64,000 nucleotides of DNA from a virus (IMGVR_UViG_3300028591_000085:1-64000), one strand, 5' to 3'. Positions 33,201 to 42,501 are shown, counted from the first letter of the stretch. Notes: generated by a model from the sequence alone, not told the origin. Numbers and translations are program-made.

Positions 33201-36200
33201 CCTGCTATAGGATTTATTAAACTAAACGCAGCAGTTACGCCCTCTCTAACTTTATAGAGAACTGAATCTCTATTGTTGAACATATCGGTCCATGCATTAG
33301 ATAATTTTTCTTTGAGCTTTGCGCCAGTTTCTTTAATCTTGGTGAAATCAAAATGAGAAGTAACATCCTTAATGAATATACCAGACTTAATAGACTGCTC
33401 AACTTCTTCGTCTGTTCTGGGATTTTCAAGAACTTCATCAGTTGCTGAATAGTAAACATATTTACCATTTTCGTTCTTATAATATGTACCATCACCAACT
33501 AAATACTTCTCATCAGTTGACATTATCTTTGATACAAGCCCGTTACCCTTACTAATAGCATCTGCTAATTTAGAACTTTTCCTGATATTATCTAATAATT
33601 TTTCACCTAAAGATGTTGCAATTTTAGCAGAATTTTCTTGATTTTCATCACGCTTTTTAAATAAACTTGACCAGGCCTCAGCAGCATCATTTAATATAGT
33701 ATGTGCTATAGCAGTAGTTTTACCCATTATTTTTATATTTGTCGCTTTTATTATTCCCTGTTGGATAAGACTTGTAAGTTCTTCATCTGTTATAGGTGGA
33801 ACTTCTTGATCATATCCATCTGCATCACATAATGACCATTTACCGTTACTAGATTCATGGTAATAATAGCCAGCATACTCGCCACTCAAAACTTGATATG
33901 CGGTAACCTTTCTTGATCCAATTAGTTTTCTACCATAATCTCCGCCAGTAAAGAAATCACCGACGCTTTTAATTTTATCACCAACTATTGATACTGCTTC
34001 ATCGGTAACACCTCTGATATGTCCACCTATTTTAGCAGCTTTTTCACCGACCTTATCGCCAATGGTCTTATTCTGTTCCAAGTTCCAATCATCAAATGAT
34101 TTATGTTTAATTACTTCATTATTTTCTTCAGCCCATTGTTTATATTCATCGACTGACATATTCTTATCAACTTTACCAGATTTTTTAGCTTCTTCTAGGG
34201 ATTTTTCAGTTTGCTCAAGAACATAACTGTTATATTCATCCATAAAATTAGTTTGAGCATCCTTTAATCTAGCTTCATCAGAATCACCGGCAAATAAATT
34301 ATATAATGCATTTGCAATGTTATGCCAGCCATTCCAACCACTTAATGTATTAATAATATCAAAGATAACATCAACTATTGCACCGATTGTAGTTCCTGAA
34401 AAACCTCCAAGAATTGCAGCAATTATTTCCATTCCAGTATCAACATCATCTTGACTTACTTGGAATAATTTAGCAGCACCAGCTTTTCCACCACGTGCTA
34501 TCATGCCTAATATGCCACCACCAACTTCAAATACAATGGTACCAACTCCAAGAGTTGCAGCACCTGTTGCAGTTTTAGCTTCAGCTTCAGCAGTTACCTT
34601 TTCGACCTGTCCGACTTCTTTCGGACCAAATTTTTCAACAGCCTCCTTAATAATTTTTTCAGCTTCATCAACCGACTTAGTGGTTCCTTTAGCACCTTTA
34701 TGTTTAACAAGATCCACTATCTTTTTAAAGAAATTTTTAATTGTTTCTTTAATTCTAGTAATCATATTTTTAAGAACACCACCGGCACCCTTTTCAGTCG
34801 ATGCTAATGATGCACTATTAATTTCAATATTTTTAGCATGTTTTAATACAGCTTTTTCATACTTAGCAGCTTGTTTACTTAATTTTTTAGATTTCTTAGT
34901 TAATTTGGCAGCTTCTTTTTCTAAGTCAGTTAATGTTTCAAGTCCTACCTTTTCTGCACCACGTCCAAAACTATGAGAGAATCCTGCCATCGCTGCTTTT
35001 TTTGACGCTTCCTTAGCTTCAGTTTCTGCAAGTTTTGCTGCTGCCTCAGCAGCAATTTTCTTTTCTAGTGCTTTAGCGCCCTTAGCAGTAGCATGTTCCA
35101 TACCTTTTGTACCAAGATAGTTTAATCCACCACTAACAGCTCTAAAACCAGATGCACTCTTAGGATTAAAAATATCAGCTGCAGAATGTATATTTGCACC
35201 TTTTGATAAAACTTTACCCACACCCTGAGCAGTACCACCAACTATTTTAGTTCCGACGGTTGGAATTACTGATGCTCCTTTTCCAACAACTTTCAGTGTA
35301 CCACCCATAACTGCAGCGGTACCTCTAATTGCACCAGGATGCATTAATAAATTAGCTTTAGCTTGAGAGTGAGAATCCCATTCACCGTCTTTATTAGTCA
35401 CAAATGTCATAGGAGCTGCTAATGGGTCATAATTTTCTCCAGGAAGTAGTTGTTTAGCTGCAGCAACACTATTTTGGGCTTCGTCTTTAATATTATCTAT
35501 ATTACTCTGCCCATTAGTATTTCTATCATTTTTATTGCCTAAGAAATTAATTACGTCGGCCACTTTATTTACTAGATCAGCTGCAACATCAGCAATTTTT
35601 ATAACAGCACTTGAAAATGCTTCCCAATTAATTTTTTTAACAAGTTCAGCTGTACCATCTGCAATTTTTGTTCCGATGAACCATATATTCTTTGCTAAAC
35701 TTGAAATACCATCTATATACGGTTTAAGACTACTATTTTCATATTTTTCTTTAATCCATCCAGTGAATCCCTTTTCTTTAATATCGTTAATAGCTTGAGT
35801 AGCACCCTGTGCCATTTCAGAAAAATACGATTCCCCAGTTTTCTGGTTAACAAAAATATTTTTAATCTTTTCACCTAAAGTTTCACCTATACCATCACCC
35901 TTTAAGAATGACCAGATATTTCCTAAGATTCCACCTAAAGGTGAAGAGGCTAACCATTTAAATGCTTTTATAAGAAAAGGAGAAGCAAGTATTAAAGCAG
36001 TTGCAAGTTTTCCTTTTCTACCAAAAACACTCTTCCATTCAGCAAAATGGTCACTTGCTCTCGATTTGATAACAGCAGTATTTTCCTTTATTGCTGTAAA
36101 TAACTTCTCTGTTCTATCTCTGGTTTGTTCAGCTATTCTATGAGCAAGTCGTTGACCTCCCTGATGCACATTACTAAGTGTGGACATGATCGGATTAGGG

Positions 36201-39200
36201 TCAATCGCTGCTGCTCCAGATTCAAAGCCTTTACCACCTCTAACAACACGTACAATAGGACCATGGCCGCCAAAATTTATTTTTCGTCTAGTACCATTTC
36301 CACCATTTGCTGTCGCAGAGGCATTATTTTCATTTATTAAACGTTCAAGCCTATCAAGTTTTTCAGAATCTCCTGTAAGCTCAAAATGTATAGTCTTAAT
36401 TCCGTGTTTAAGATCAACCTGTAATGTGTCAGAATCTTGCCGACTACATCCACTACATCTCTTTGCTAAATCTTCTAAAGAACCGATATCGTCAATTTCA
36501 ACAGTACTATTTTCTAATTCATCTAAATTTTCCAACGGATTATTAGTTTTACCATTATTGGACATCATCTTTTTCCTACCCTTATTTCTAAGAGAGGCTT
36601 CCGATTTTTTAGCTTTATTACGTAACTGCATTATTAAATTATTATCATCATAATTATCATAAGAGCTGACATCTTCCATATTCTCACTGAAATCAGCGTC
36701 TTCATCTTGATATCCTTTACTATATTTACTATAGCTATCTTTTAATCCAGCGGTTGAATCCATATTTCCTTCTTGCAATTTATTACCGTCCAAATCTATG
36801 AGTTCACCTTTAGTATTACGTAAAATACCGGTTTTTAAAACTCTATTAGCTACAGTAACTACAGTTTCGCCAGGATCAAGATATATAATTTTTTTAGATA
36901 ATAATTTAGTAAGTTTATCCTGTACTTGTTCTGCAATATTATCTGCTCTATAATCGTATATATATTTAGCATGACCTGATGTAAAGTTCAATATTCCTTC
37001 ATTAAATTTATGACGTAAAAATCCTTTTACACCACCATGCATTGATACTTCGTCACCAAAGAACCGTGATGATGCAGCCTTTGCTATAACTCCACCTTTA
37101 GTTTTAGCTTGTGCAAGTCTTAACTTAGTAGCACTAAACGCATAATCTAAACCACTATGATCGCCGGGAGTATTATCAATAGTATCTTTTACTTCACGTT
37201 CAACAGCATCATAATCAATATTACCAGTAGCATCTTTATGCTTATTGATAATTTCAGTGAGTTCGGTATATCCTTTTTCACGTTCAGCTTGACTTGTATT
37301 ACTAAATCTACGTTCAAGTTCTTTATCATTTTTATCAGAGAATCTGTCTGAATCATCATCATTGCCAGAAATCTTATCATATATTTTCTTTAATACATAA
37401 GCTATCTGAGCATTCTCACTAAGTTTTGAGAACGGTAATTTTACTATATCTTTAAATCCTTTACCGATTAATGAAATACCTTCAGTTTGCTCACGCGCTC
37501 TTCTAGTAAGTGCATCTTCGGTTTCAACCGTAGTATCAAGATATTTACTTGCCTTACCGCCACTCATTACTTTAGCCATATAACGAGCTTCAGCTGTATC
37601 AGACGAATATTGACCTTTAGTATATTTCTGAATTATTTTTGCGTTCTTATCACGAATTTTTTGTTCTTTATATTCTTTATTAATTTTAGCACGAGCTTCT
37701 TTTTGTTGTTTTCTACGCTCACGCCATCTTTCAGCTCTGGTCATACCATCAAGCTGTTCCTGAGTTCTACTTGTTGGTGCTGTAATACCAAATGCTTTAC
37801 CAAACTTAGTATTACTTAACCATTTCATACCTTTTTTAGCACCGTATACACCTAACTGTAATGCAGTACCAATACCTTTAAACGCAAGTTTAATAGGTGA
37901 AAATGCTAATTTAGTAAGACCAACAATTTGTCTACCTATTGATTTAATCTCAGTTTTAATAGTTCGCTTAAGCCAATCTTTTCCTGTATCTAAAGCTGCT
38001 TTAAGTTTACTATTACGCCATGCATCTGAAAGCTTATTATATACAGTAAATTGTATTGCTTTAATTAATTTAAACGGTGCAAGAAGTATATGTTGATTTA
38101 CTTCATAAGCTAGTTTAGCAGCTCCAGAAATGACTTTCTTAACGGGAGTTACTATAGTTTTATTAAGTATTTCAGCAAACGGTACTAAAATACTATTTTT
38201 AATAAATCCTGAAATATCATTTGCAACTTCATCAAATTTTGATTTAACTGCACCAACTACACCTCCAACTTTTTCAGAGATCGCCTCTGCCATAAATGAA
38301 AGTGAGTCACCAACAGTATATTCCAAATTAAGTGCAATTTGTTTACCCCAATATACAAACTGGGTCTTCAGAGGTCTTAAGAAGTTTGCATTAAGCATAT
38401 TTCCAATACGACCGAATAATCCATGCTTATGCTTCTTTTCACCAGTATATTCGTCTATATAATCTTCACCAAATAAGAATTTCTTAAATGCTGAACCATT
38501 TGCAGCAATAGAAGCACCGAGACCCATTAATGCACCAAACACAGGTCCACCAGGTAAAACAGCACTAGCTAAAGCACCACCTAAAATACCTAAACCTGAC
38601 ATTGAAAGAATCTTGGTGTCTTGGCTTAAATTAACACCTATAGAACCAGCAAACTTATCAGCGCCTTTTCTAAATGCATCTCTTATTCCAGGAAGTAATC
38701 CTTTTTGAGCAGTGTCAGGATTTCCGAATAAGAAGTTTTTCATTTTCTCAGATCTAGCCACTAACGTTGTAGCTATACCGAGACCAGCACCTACAATAGG
38801 ACCGCCCACAAGAGTGCCAAGAAGACCTCCACCTTTTCCAAAAAGGGAATGTGTCAGCATTCCGATTGCTCCACCACCAATGATGTCAAGCTTATGTTTC
38901 TTTAAATAATCTTGAGCGCCCTTGCTAATGAAACCACCAATACGGTCACCATTTTCATCTTTTTCGCCGAATAACCAATTTTGGAAAGATTCATTCTTAG
39001 CTAAAATACTACCAGCTATACCAAGACCTACACCTGTAATAGGACCACCAATGATAGAACCTAAAAGGCTCGAACCTGCAAATATACCAAAACCGGCACC
39101 TATAGCACCGCCAATAGTAGCATCCTTGGTATAACTATTCACTTTAGCTTGTACTTTTTTCTTTATATCTTCTTCACTCTGACCTTCAAGAGGTTCACCT

Positions 39201-41560
39201 ATAATTTTTTCTTTCCATGCATTAAGACCCTGACTAAAGAAATCTTTAAACTTGGAGAATAATCCACCTTTACGTTTACCAGTAGGATTTCCATTTTCAT
39301 CAAGTTCTTCAGGTCCAAATAATTTAGTCAAAATTCCTCGTTTAATTGTACCAAATACAGAATCTTTATTATCAGCATACTCAGTACCATCACTAGAAGT
39401 ATAACCTGTACCAACTAAAGTGTACCTTATATGTTTAAAAGTATCACCTAAGTAATTACGTACTTGAGACAATAAACCATTTTGGTAATTACCGTTTTCA
39501 TCTTTAACACCTAATATAGCTTCCTTAAGAGGATTAAATACATTATTTTTAAGACTAGTACCAATATCACTAGCACCAGACTTAAAAATTCTTTGAAACT
39601 CTTGTCCAACTAATCTAATATCAAGCGGACCAGACATAAGTCGATTCATGCTTCCTTTTAAGGTATCTACTGTATTAGTGAAAAAGCTACCAACTTTACC
39701 ACCATGAGTAGCTAACCATCCAGCTTTACTTGGGTCGCTTTGCTGAAGAGCATAGCTATAATCTCTGAGATTTGCAATACTCTTATTTTTAAGACTTTTT
39801 TTAATTTCAGTATTATATAATGATGAATTAGCGCGAAGCCATTCATCGTAATTCTCAATATGAGTATCTCCAGTTGCAAAATATCCAGACCTTATCGGAT
39901 CATTTTCTATTTCTGATAAGAACTTAGTTTGATCAGCTTGAGTACTTCTTAACTGAGCAGTTAATTGTCCAGCTATATCTTTATTTTGCTCTGAAATTTT
40001 TAATAGCTCTTTAACAACTAAATCAATATTCTTATCATTTTTTCCACCAGAAAAACTCTTGGCTTGTTTAATAGCTTCAACAAAAGCTTCATTACCCATA
40101 TCCAGACTTAAATGAGATCTTTGCTCAGCCATTGATTTGAGTAATTGCTTTGCTGTAATGATAAGAGCATCTCGTTCTTCTTTAGCTTTATCTTCTGTTT
40201 GAGATTTAGTAGCTTGGGTAAAAGCATTTTCGAGTTCTTTGAACATTCTTCCATTATACAGTGGCTCCATTATTTTATTAAGTGCAGCATCTGCATTAGA
40301 ACGTCTCTTATCTTTTACCTGTATATAACCCATAGTATTAAAATCAAACATTTCAGAATCGTCTTTAGCTGTTTTAGTTTTTTCAGATTCGAAATGTCCG
40401 CTAATTATTTTCAGATACTGGGTTTGTTCTCTAAGCTCCTTAGTGATAATTTCGGTAATAGCAAATTTAGTTTCTTTATCAAAACGAATCGGACTATTCT
40501 CAAATTCATCAATTGATAACGTATTTTTCCTATTAACTCTAACACCGAATGTTTGAGCAAGGAATTTTTTAAAGTGTCCACCAATATCATGTTCACCGAC
40601 TACTACATTTTCTCCATACTCTGCTAATCTATCCAATATGACTGGTACAAAATTTGAAAATGCCGTCTCAAGACTTTGCATAGTAGAACCAAATACCTTA
40701 CTCATTAAGGTAGAACTAACCATACTTGAAACCATGCCCAGAGGATTCTCAATAAACATCTCAATCAAACTATCATCAAGATTAACTATTTCACCAATAA
40801 AAGGAACTTCGCTTAATGCACGTTTTGCATTCTTCTTGATTACATTCTTATATCGTGATAATTCTATACCACCTTTAGTACGATCCCTTAATGCCGCTAA
40901 CGGGTCATCTTCATTTTTTAATATGGATGCACCATTATCTTCTCGTTTACCAACGGCTTCATAATACCCTATACTTTTTTGAATGAATTCCTTCATGGAT
41001 TCATTATTGAATTTTACAATAGATTCAAGAGAATTTGTTACATTCTTTAAGTGAGCGTCTATCATGCCATTCATTTTTTCAAGTTGCTGCATACTTACAG
41101 CATTCATTGAAATTTGGGCATCCATATTAGCTTTAGCAATTTTTACAGTTGCTTCACCTTGACGCTGTATATTTCTATTTAAATCGAGAACAGCATCTCT
41201 AGTACCGTTATCGACATTTATATTATAACTACCTTCACCTTCACCCACATCATCTGATCCAAATGTAATATCTGATGATTCATCATCATCAGCAAACATA
41301 CCCCCAAAACCAAAATCAGAGTCATGACCGGCTATGTTACCAGCTTTTATATCTTTCCATGAATTTTTGAGAGCTTGATATGAAGCCTGAACATATTTGT
41401 TCTGCTTCAATGATGTAGCAATCCTATTTGTAGTTGCTTTTGTCTGTCTTATAGATGTAATTATTGATTTTGTAGCATTAATGCCAGCTGACGTAACATC
41501 AGATATATTAGGATATAATTCACTAAAAGCTGATGACGTGCTAGCTCCTATACTCTTCAT
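27263..41560 (-). CDS. Giant tape-measure-like tail protein with C39-like peptidase, 2x CHAP, GH25, SGNH hydrolase and phage tail lysozyme domains
   Basis: ~2950-aa helical/Gly-zipper region, then PYYSQ...GCGPTAMSM...GHY (C39-like), GQCTWYA...GHAV/GHVV (CHAP x2), GVDISYCQ...YDVEE (GH25), FVGDSR...GIND...GLHY (SGNH), AGIMGNIEQES...YERP (lysozyme). Confidence 0.88.
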   Translation of the reverse strand: MKSIGASTSSAFSELYPNISDVTSAGINATKSIITSIRQTKATTNRIATSLKQNKYVQASYQALKNSWKDIKAGNIAGHDSDFGFGGMFADDDESSDITFGSDDVGEGEGSYNINVDNGTRDAVLDLNRNIQRQGEATVKIAKANMDAQISMNAVSMQQLEKMNGMIDAHLKNVTNSLESIVKFNNESMKEFIQKSIGYYEAVGKREDNGASILKNEDDPLAALRDRTKGGIELSRYKNVIKKNAKRALSEVPFIGEIVNLDDSLIEMFIENPLGMVSSMVSSTLMSKVFGSTMQSLETAFSNFVPVILDRLAEYGENVVVGEHDIGGHFKKFLAQTFGVRVNRKNTLSIDEFENSPIRFDKETKFAITEIITKELREQTQYLKIISGHFESEKTKTAKDDSEMFDFNTMGYIQVKDKRRSNADAALNKIMEPLYNGRMFKELENAFTQATKSQTEDKAKEERDALIITAKQLLKSMAEQRSHLSLDMGNEAFVEAIKQAKSFSGGKNDKNIDLVVKELLKISEQNKDIAGQLTAQLRSTQADQTKFLSEIENDPIRSGYFATGDTHIENYDEWLRANSSLYNTEIKKSLKNKSIANLRDYSYALQQSDPSKAGWLATHGGKVGSFFTNTVDTLKGSMNRLMSGPLDIRLVGQEFQRIFKSGASDIGTSLKNNVFNPLKEAILGVKDENGNYQNGLLSQVRNYLGDTFKHIRYTLVGTGYTSSDGTEYADNKDSVFGTIKRGILTKLFGPEELDENGNPTGKRKGGLFSKFKDFFSQGLNAWKEKIIGEPLEGQSEEDIKKKVQAKVNSYTKDATIGGAIGAGFGIFAGSSLLGSIIGGPITGVGLGIAGSILAKNESFQNWLFGEKDENGDRIGGFISKGAQDYLKKHKLDIIGGGAIGMLTHSLFGKGGGLLGTLVGGPIVGAGLGIATTLVARSEKMKNFLFGNPDTAQKGLLPGIRDAFRKGADKFAGSIGVNLSQDTKILSMSGLGILGGALASAVLPGGPVFGALMGLGASIAANGSAFKKFLFGEDYIDEYTGEKKHKHGLFGRIGNMLNANFLRPLKTQFVYWGKQIALNLEYTVGDSLSFMAEAISEKVGGVVGAVKSKFDEVANDISGFIKNSILVPFAEILNKTIVTPVKKVISGAAKLAYEVNQHILLAPFKLIKAIQFTVYNKLSDAWRNSKLKAALDTGKDWLKRTIKTEIKSIGRQIVGLTKLAFSPIKLAFKGIGTALQLGVYGAKKGMKWLSNTKFGKAFGITAPTSRTQEQLDGMTRAERWRERRKQQKEARAKINKEYKEQKIRDKNAKIIQKYTKGQYSSDTAEARYMAKVMSGGKASKYLDTTVETEDALTRRAREQTEGISLIGKGFKDIVKLPFSKLSENAQIAYVLKKIYDKISGNDDDSDRFSDKNDKELERRFSNTSQAEREKGYTELTEIINKHKDATGNIDYDAVEREVKDTIDNTPGDHSGLDYAFSATKLRLAQAKTKGGVIAKAASSRFFGDEVSMHGGVKGFLRHKFNEGILNFTSGHAKYIYDYRADNIAEQVQDKLTKLLSKKIIYLDPGETVVTVANRVLKTGILRNTKGELIDLDGNKLQEGNMDSTAGLKDSYSKYSKGYQDEDADFSENMEDVSSYDNYDDNNLIMQLRNKAKKSEASLRNKGRKKMMSNNGKTNNPLENLDELENSTVEIDDIGSLEDLAKRCSGCSRQDSDTLQVDLKHGIKTIHFELTGDSEKLDRLERLINENNASATANGGNGTRRKINFGGHGPIVRVVRGGKGFESGAAAIDPNPIMSTLSNVHQGGQRLAHRIAEQTRDRTEKLFTAIKENTAVIKSRASDHFAEWKSVFGRKGKLATALILASPFLIKAFKWLASSPLGGILGNIWSFLKGDGIGETLGEKIKNIFVNQKTGESYFSEMAQGATQAINDIKEKGFTGWIKEKYENSSLKPYIDGISSLAKNIWFIGTKIADGTAELVKKINWEAFSSAVIKIADVAADLVNKVADVINFLGNKNDRNTNGQSNIDNIKDEAQNSVAAAKQLLPGENYDPLAAPMTFVTNKDGEWDSHSQAKANLLMHPGAIRGTAAVMGGTLKVVGKGASVIPTVGTKIVGGTAQGVGKVLSKGANIHSAADIFNPKSASGFRAVSGGLNYLGTKGMEHATAKGAKALEKKIAAEAAAKLAETEAKEASKKAAMAGFSHSFGRGAEKVGLETLTDLEKEAAKLTKKSKKLSKQAAKYEKAVLKHAKNIEINSASLASTEKGAGGVLKNMITRIKETIKNFFKKIVDLVKHKGAKGTTKSVDEAEKIIKEAVEKFGPKEVGQVEKVTAEAEAKTATGAATLGVGTIVFEVGGGILGMIARGGKAGAAKLFQVSQDDVDTGMEIIAAILGGFSGTTIGAIVDVIFDIINTLSGWNGWHNIANALYNLFAGDSDEARLKDAQTNFMDEYNSYVLEQTEKSLEEAKKSGKVDKNMSVDEYKQWAEENNEVIKHKSFDDWNLEQNKTIGDKVGEKAAKIGGHIRGVTDEAVSIVGDKIKSVGDFFTGGDYGRKLIGSRKVTAYQVLSGEYAGYYYHESSNGKWSLCDADGYDQEVPPITDEELTSLIQQGIIKATNIKIMGKTTAIAHTILNDAAEAWSSLFKKRDENQENSAKIATSLGEKLLDNIRKSSKLADAISKGNGLVSKIMSTDEKYLVGDGTYYKNENGKYVYYSATDEVLENPRTDEEVEQSIKSGIFIKDVTSHFDFTKIKETGAKLKEKLSNAWTDMFNNRDSVLYKVREGVTAAFSLINPIAGAGLGILKLTNQYGWFDPSDGSYYVADGKTYKHYNANGDLIDETVNADEVNEKIKLGLLTKEKIPLKNTAKNSLQNFKDRAKELWNKTTEATSKFFDKASDFMSSVYETIHEKFPTVSKIVDGIAEGINNFISGIKEHATGIWNEVKDTTTGYIENITSLWGGNGKGSKSRKKLPKGGRGPDDVNGVPYYSQSDSAWSSNKYGNDGATMDDTGCGPTAMSMIASKMTGQSVLPTETAALAEMTGDRDDTGTNWNFIDNASNAYGINTTEEFMPSSQFISSELKSGKPMILSGASGNGRYGGRGDDPYTDAGHYVVATGIDSNGNVDISDPRGKSYNKKYKLNDIVNRTGKAWSFDNGQYGGFGDGYKSDEVKYKGTLTRDNNGGYNYKYTYNDKDKKFGSLSKAWSVSTNEKDIFSDINNIDKLADKIYGKDGIYNKRSLATGYGNNAPSFTYNGKTYVSDAFYKPDTNNRNIIVVKDMNELASYLKNESSSTNKKSNNKNTKTSVSKDEYRKGITRDSNGGYHYTDADNNSYSFPAGMTEDAVINKLISDNVKPRKIESSREELHQKQIEWLKENIGKRIADFSNEGYTTKAQCDVGQCTWYAEGRAYERAKWGALDTGSMLGNGNQVVANAGKLGFPTGNEIADDSVASIDTGSESGHAVYIEGFDEKNNMVYWTEANGDGLASQRGGTRAEDGCVIETPMSEFPLWGGKVLGYAYTNADPYTGKTYGTSNDKSSTNASSMSSSGKPGSNNSSTSSSSSKDSKPSILDFISQVFSRVGTALINGLFTGNFNVDFSDILASIRGEKSSSESSNATIGTSTSSSSSTGTSTSSSSSNSDYEYSSIDNREDSMKSGAKGVDISYCQTNCDYKKAKADGIEFAMIKIGEGQDITDNMFEEHYAGCINAGIHVGGYYYCRANTENEAIAEAKRCLDIIKGKKFDMPIAYDVEEKYRTVSLESLGAEKVSKIIEAFCSVLEKNNYLPMVYGSENATFDHVTKETKNKYALWVAKWGSYQPTLKWKIWQYAGDPQEMQVKGIPGKAVDMDKCNTDYPSLIMQKGLNGYKQGEKNTDNKKNGDNRSDSLDSVKSKPNNSKVIFVGDSRTVGMYTSVNAYNGEGMNAIYTEGKDGNVYIAQVSQGIQWFTYTAPAKIAEYAKGSTNAKVVIWLGINDVAENTPNTQMTDTAKLYAYQAEKIASSIKNTIYFVSVGHLASKSKNSDYIKSYNSALKKAISELKNDKIKFIDLDSWFTEKVNDGTIKSSDGGLHYDASSYRAIYNEILSKIGAGGSGKAIINKNSMNLPELIKLNKTQLGGLTSNVRNSSLPVKSYGGGRGTGKGNTPRINSAADYADYQKKQSSTDGTTSSGTHDNSKHIQELKAAVGQRLADFSSEGYTSKAQCDAGQCTWYAEGRAWERAKWEGLNKGVSLGNGQDVVNTVSGLGLPTGSEIADDSLASMHSSSPYGHVVYVEGVDKDNQTVYWSEANGNSDNVVSADDGVIQATPFSEWQNKGVIGYAYTDASNNYVPLGTASSSSSSDASMASSSSSSSSSVEDGMSFIASVFSEAGRRMTNAMFTGELDTDYSGFLSGLKSSSSSSSSSSSSSDASLDSSSSASSDAAGTVDGNSVKEQVWNALAGYGYSAAAIAGIMGNIEQESGFDPGVYSQDGGGGLVQWTPWGSKIGAYSQEVKGDNLAWRNDVGLQMEYLHKTMTNSGRNDTIYSDWVELGGMTYDEFKSISDPIRAAESFMKVYERPGIPMSDNRRNAAQKYYDEFANKATKKSNTSTSSSSMPNISSSINYKNYMDSLNSGGYGSRKKSRAGKGNTNTSASIKHRNAKSIKDTTNKINKYTDDLIKSNRKITNRGGYGLGTEDFSIESGLIDGGTASDIYRSTNHVTNNINTSQVDPASMQQIIGLLNNIVTNTYNTSNGITGLSSIKPQNIVNNNSTVIQDTIRNMEAAHKPKTSLAGDSSRNTIIARKIARGL

Positions 41561-41676
41561 GACATTATCTAGCCATGGAGTTTTAAGTTTTGTACTATTC
41601 TTTCTTCAACATTTCGTTTAGAAGCCATAATTGACTTTTCACTCCTTTCCTCATAAAAAAAGAAGAGGTTTAAACT

Positions 41677-41689
41677 TTAAATTATTGTT
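41677..41689 (-). promoter_or_regulatory. Late-type promoter AACA-N6-TAA
   Basis: AACAataattTAA upstream of the giant gene's RBS. Confidence 0.6.
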
Positions 41690-41716
41690 TTTCTATATAA
41701 ATAATAGGAAAAAAAT

Positions 41717-41752
41717 AAGAGATACGGTTATTTACAAATAACCGTATCTCTT
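41717..41752 (-). terminator. Intrinsic terminator
   Basis: aagagatacggttattt / aaataaccgtatctctt, T-run on the minus strand. Confidence 0.85.
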
Positions 41753-41782
41753 TAAATGGGAGTAATGAGAGTAAAAATGGGC

Positions 41783-42343
41783 TTACTTAATCTTCTTCCT
41801 TTCCTGTAACCATGACGGGCAGGAAGACTTAGAAGCAACTTCCTTATGCTTCTTCTTCTTGGTCTCATAGGTGCCAAGATACGATCTATCCTGAGGACTA
41901 TGTGCATCAGTTACCGTGGTCTTATCACCAACATCCTTCAGATAAATCTTACCATTAAAATCTTTTCTAGGCAGGAATTCGAACTGGTTACCTGCACCCA
42001 TATATTCATAGAGTGCAGTCGCAAAGAACTCATACATTCCATCCATAGACGGAATAATGAATGACTTATCCAGAATCTTTACGGATTCTGACTTATCCAT
42101 ACCCGCCTTTTCGAGAAGCGACTTACACCACTTTCTGAATTCCTTAGAAACCATAATCTCCTCAACATCGTCAAGGTTACCCTTCTTAATCTTAGCAACC
42201 TCGGTAGTAAACTCTACATCATTTGCAAGAGCAGTAAGGAGCTTAGTGAAATTCTTTTTGTTAAAACGATTTACAATCGTTTTTCCGTTCTTAGTCTTAG
42301 CCTTCATTTCAGCCAGGGCTTCTTCAACTGTTAATACTTTCAT
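41783..42343 (-). CDS. Putative HU/IHF-like DNA-binding protein with N-terminal extension
   Basis: ALYEYMGAGNQFEF...GKIYLK...SPQDRS...KHKEVASK resembles the HU beta-arm; strong RBS, AAG-rich codons. Confidence 0.45.
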   Translation of the reverse strand: MKVLTVEEALAEMKAKTKNGKTIVNRFNKKNFTKLLTALANDVEFTTEVAKIKKGNLDDVEEIMVSKEFRKWCKSLLEKAGMDKSESVKILDKSFIIPSMDGMYEFFATALYEYMGAGNQFEFLPRKDFNGKIYLKDVGDKTTVTDAHSPQDRSYLGTYETKKKKHKEVASKSSCPSWLQERKKIK

Positions 42344-42459
42344 GATTTTTTCCTCCTTGATTTTTCTTTCTTGTCTTTTTTGATTTTCTTACGTTCTTTT
42401 ACTAACCGTAAAATATCATCAAGACAAAACGATTCCAGGTTGTCGATTTTGATTTTCAT
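42340..42459 (-). CDS. Small basic protein (below the ORF-track cutoff)
   Basis: MKIKIDNLESFCLDDILRLVKERKKIKKDKKEKSRRKKS; RBS GAAAGGG; TGA overlaps ATG 42343. Confidence 0.55.
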   Translation of the reverse strand: MKIKIDNLESFCLDDILRLVKERKKIKKDKKEKSRRKKS

Positions 42460-42501
42460 CTTCATCAACCCTTTCATTACAATATTGTGTAGTGTATAAT
42501 A

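Noticed and set aside
27263-41560. Many short antisense or alternate-frame ORFs within the giant gene and other large genes
   Set aside because: No RBS; compositions typical of shadow frames
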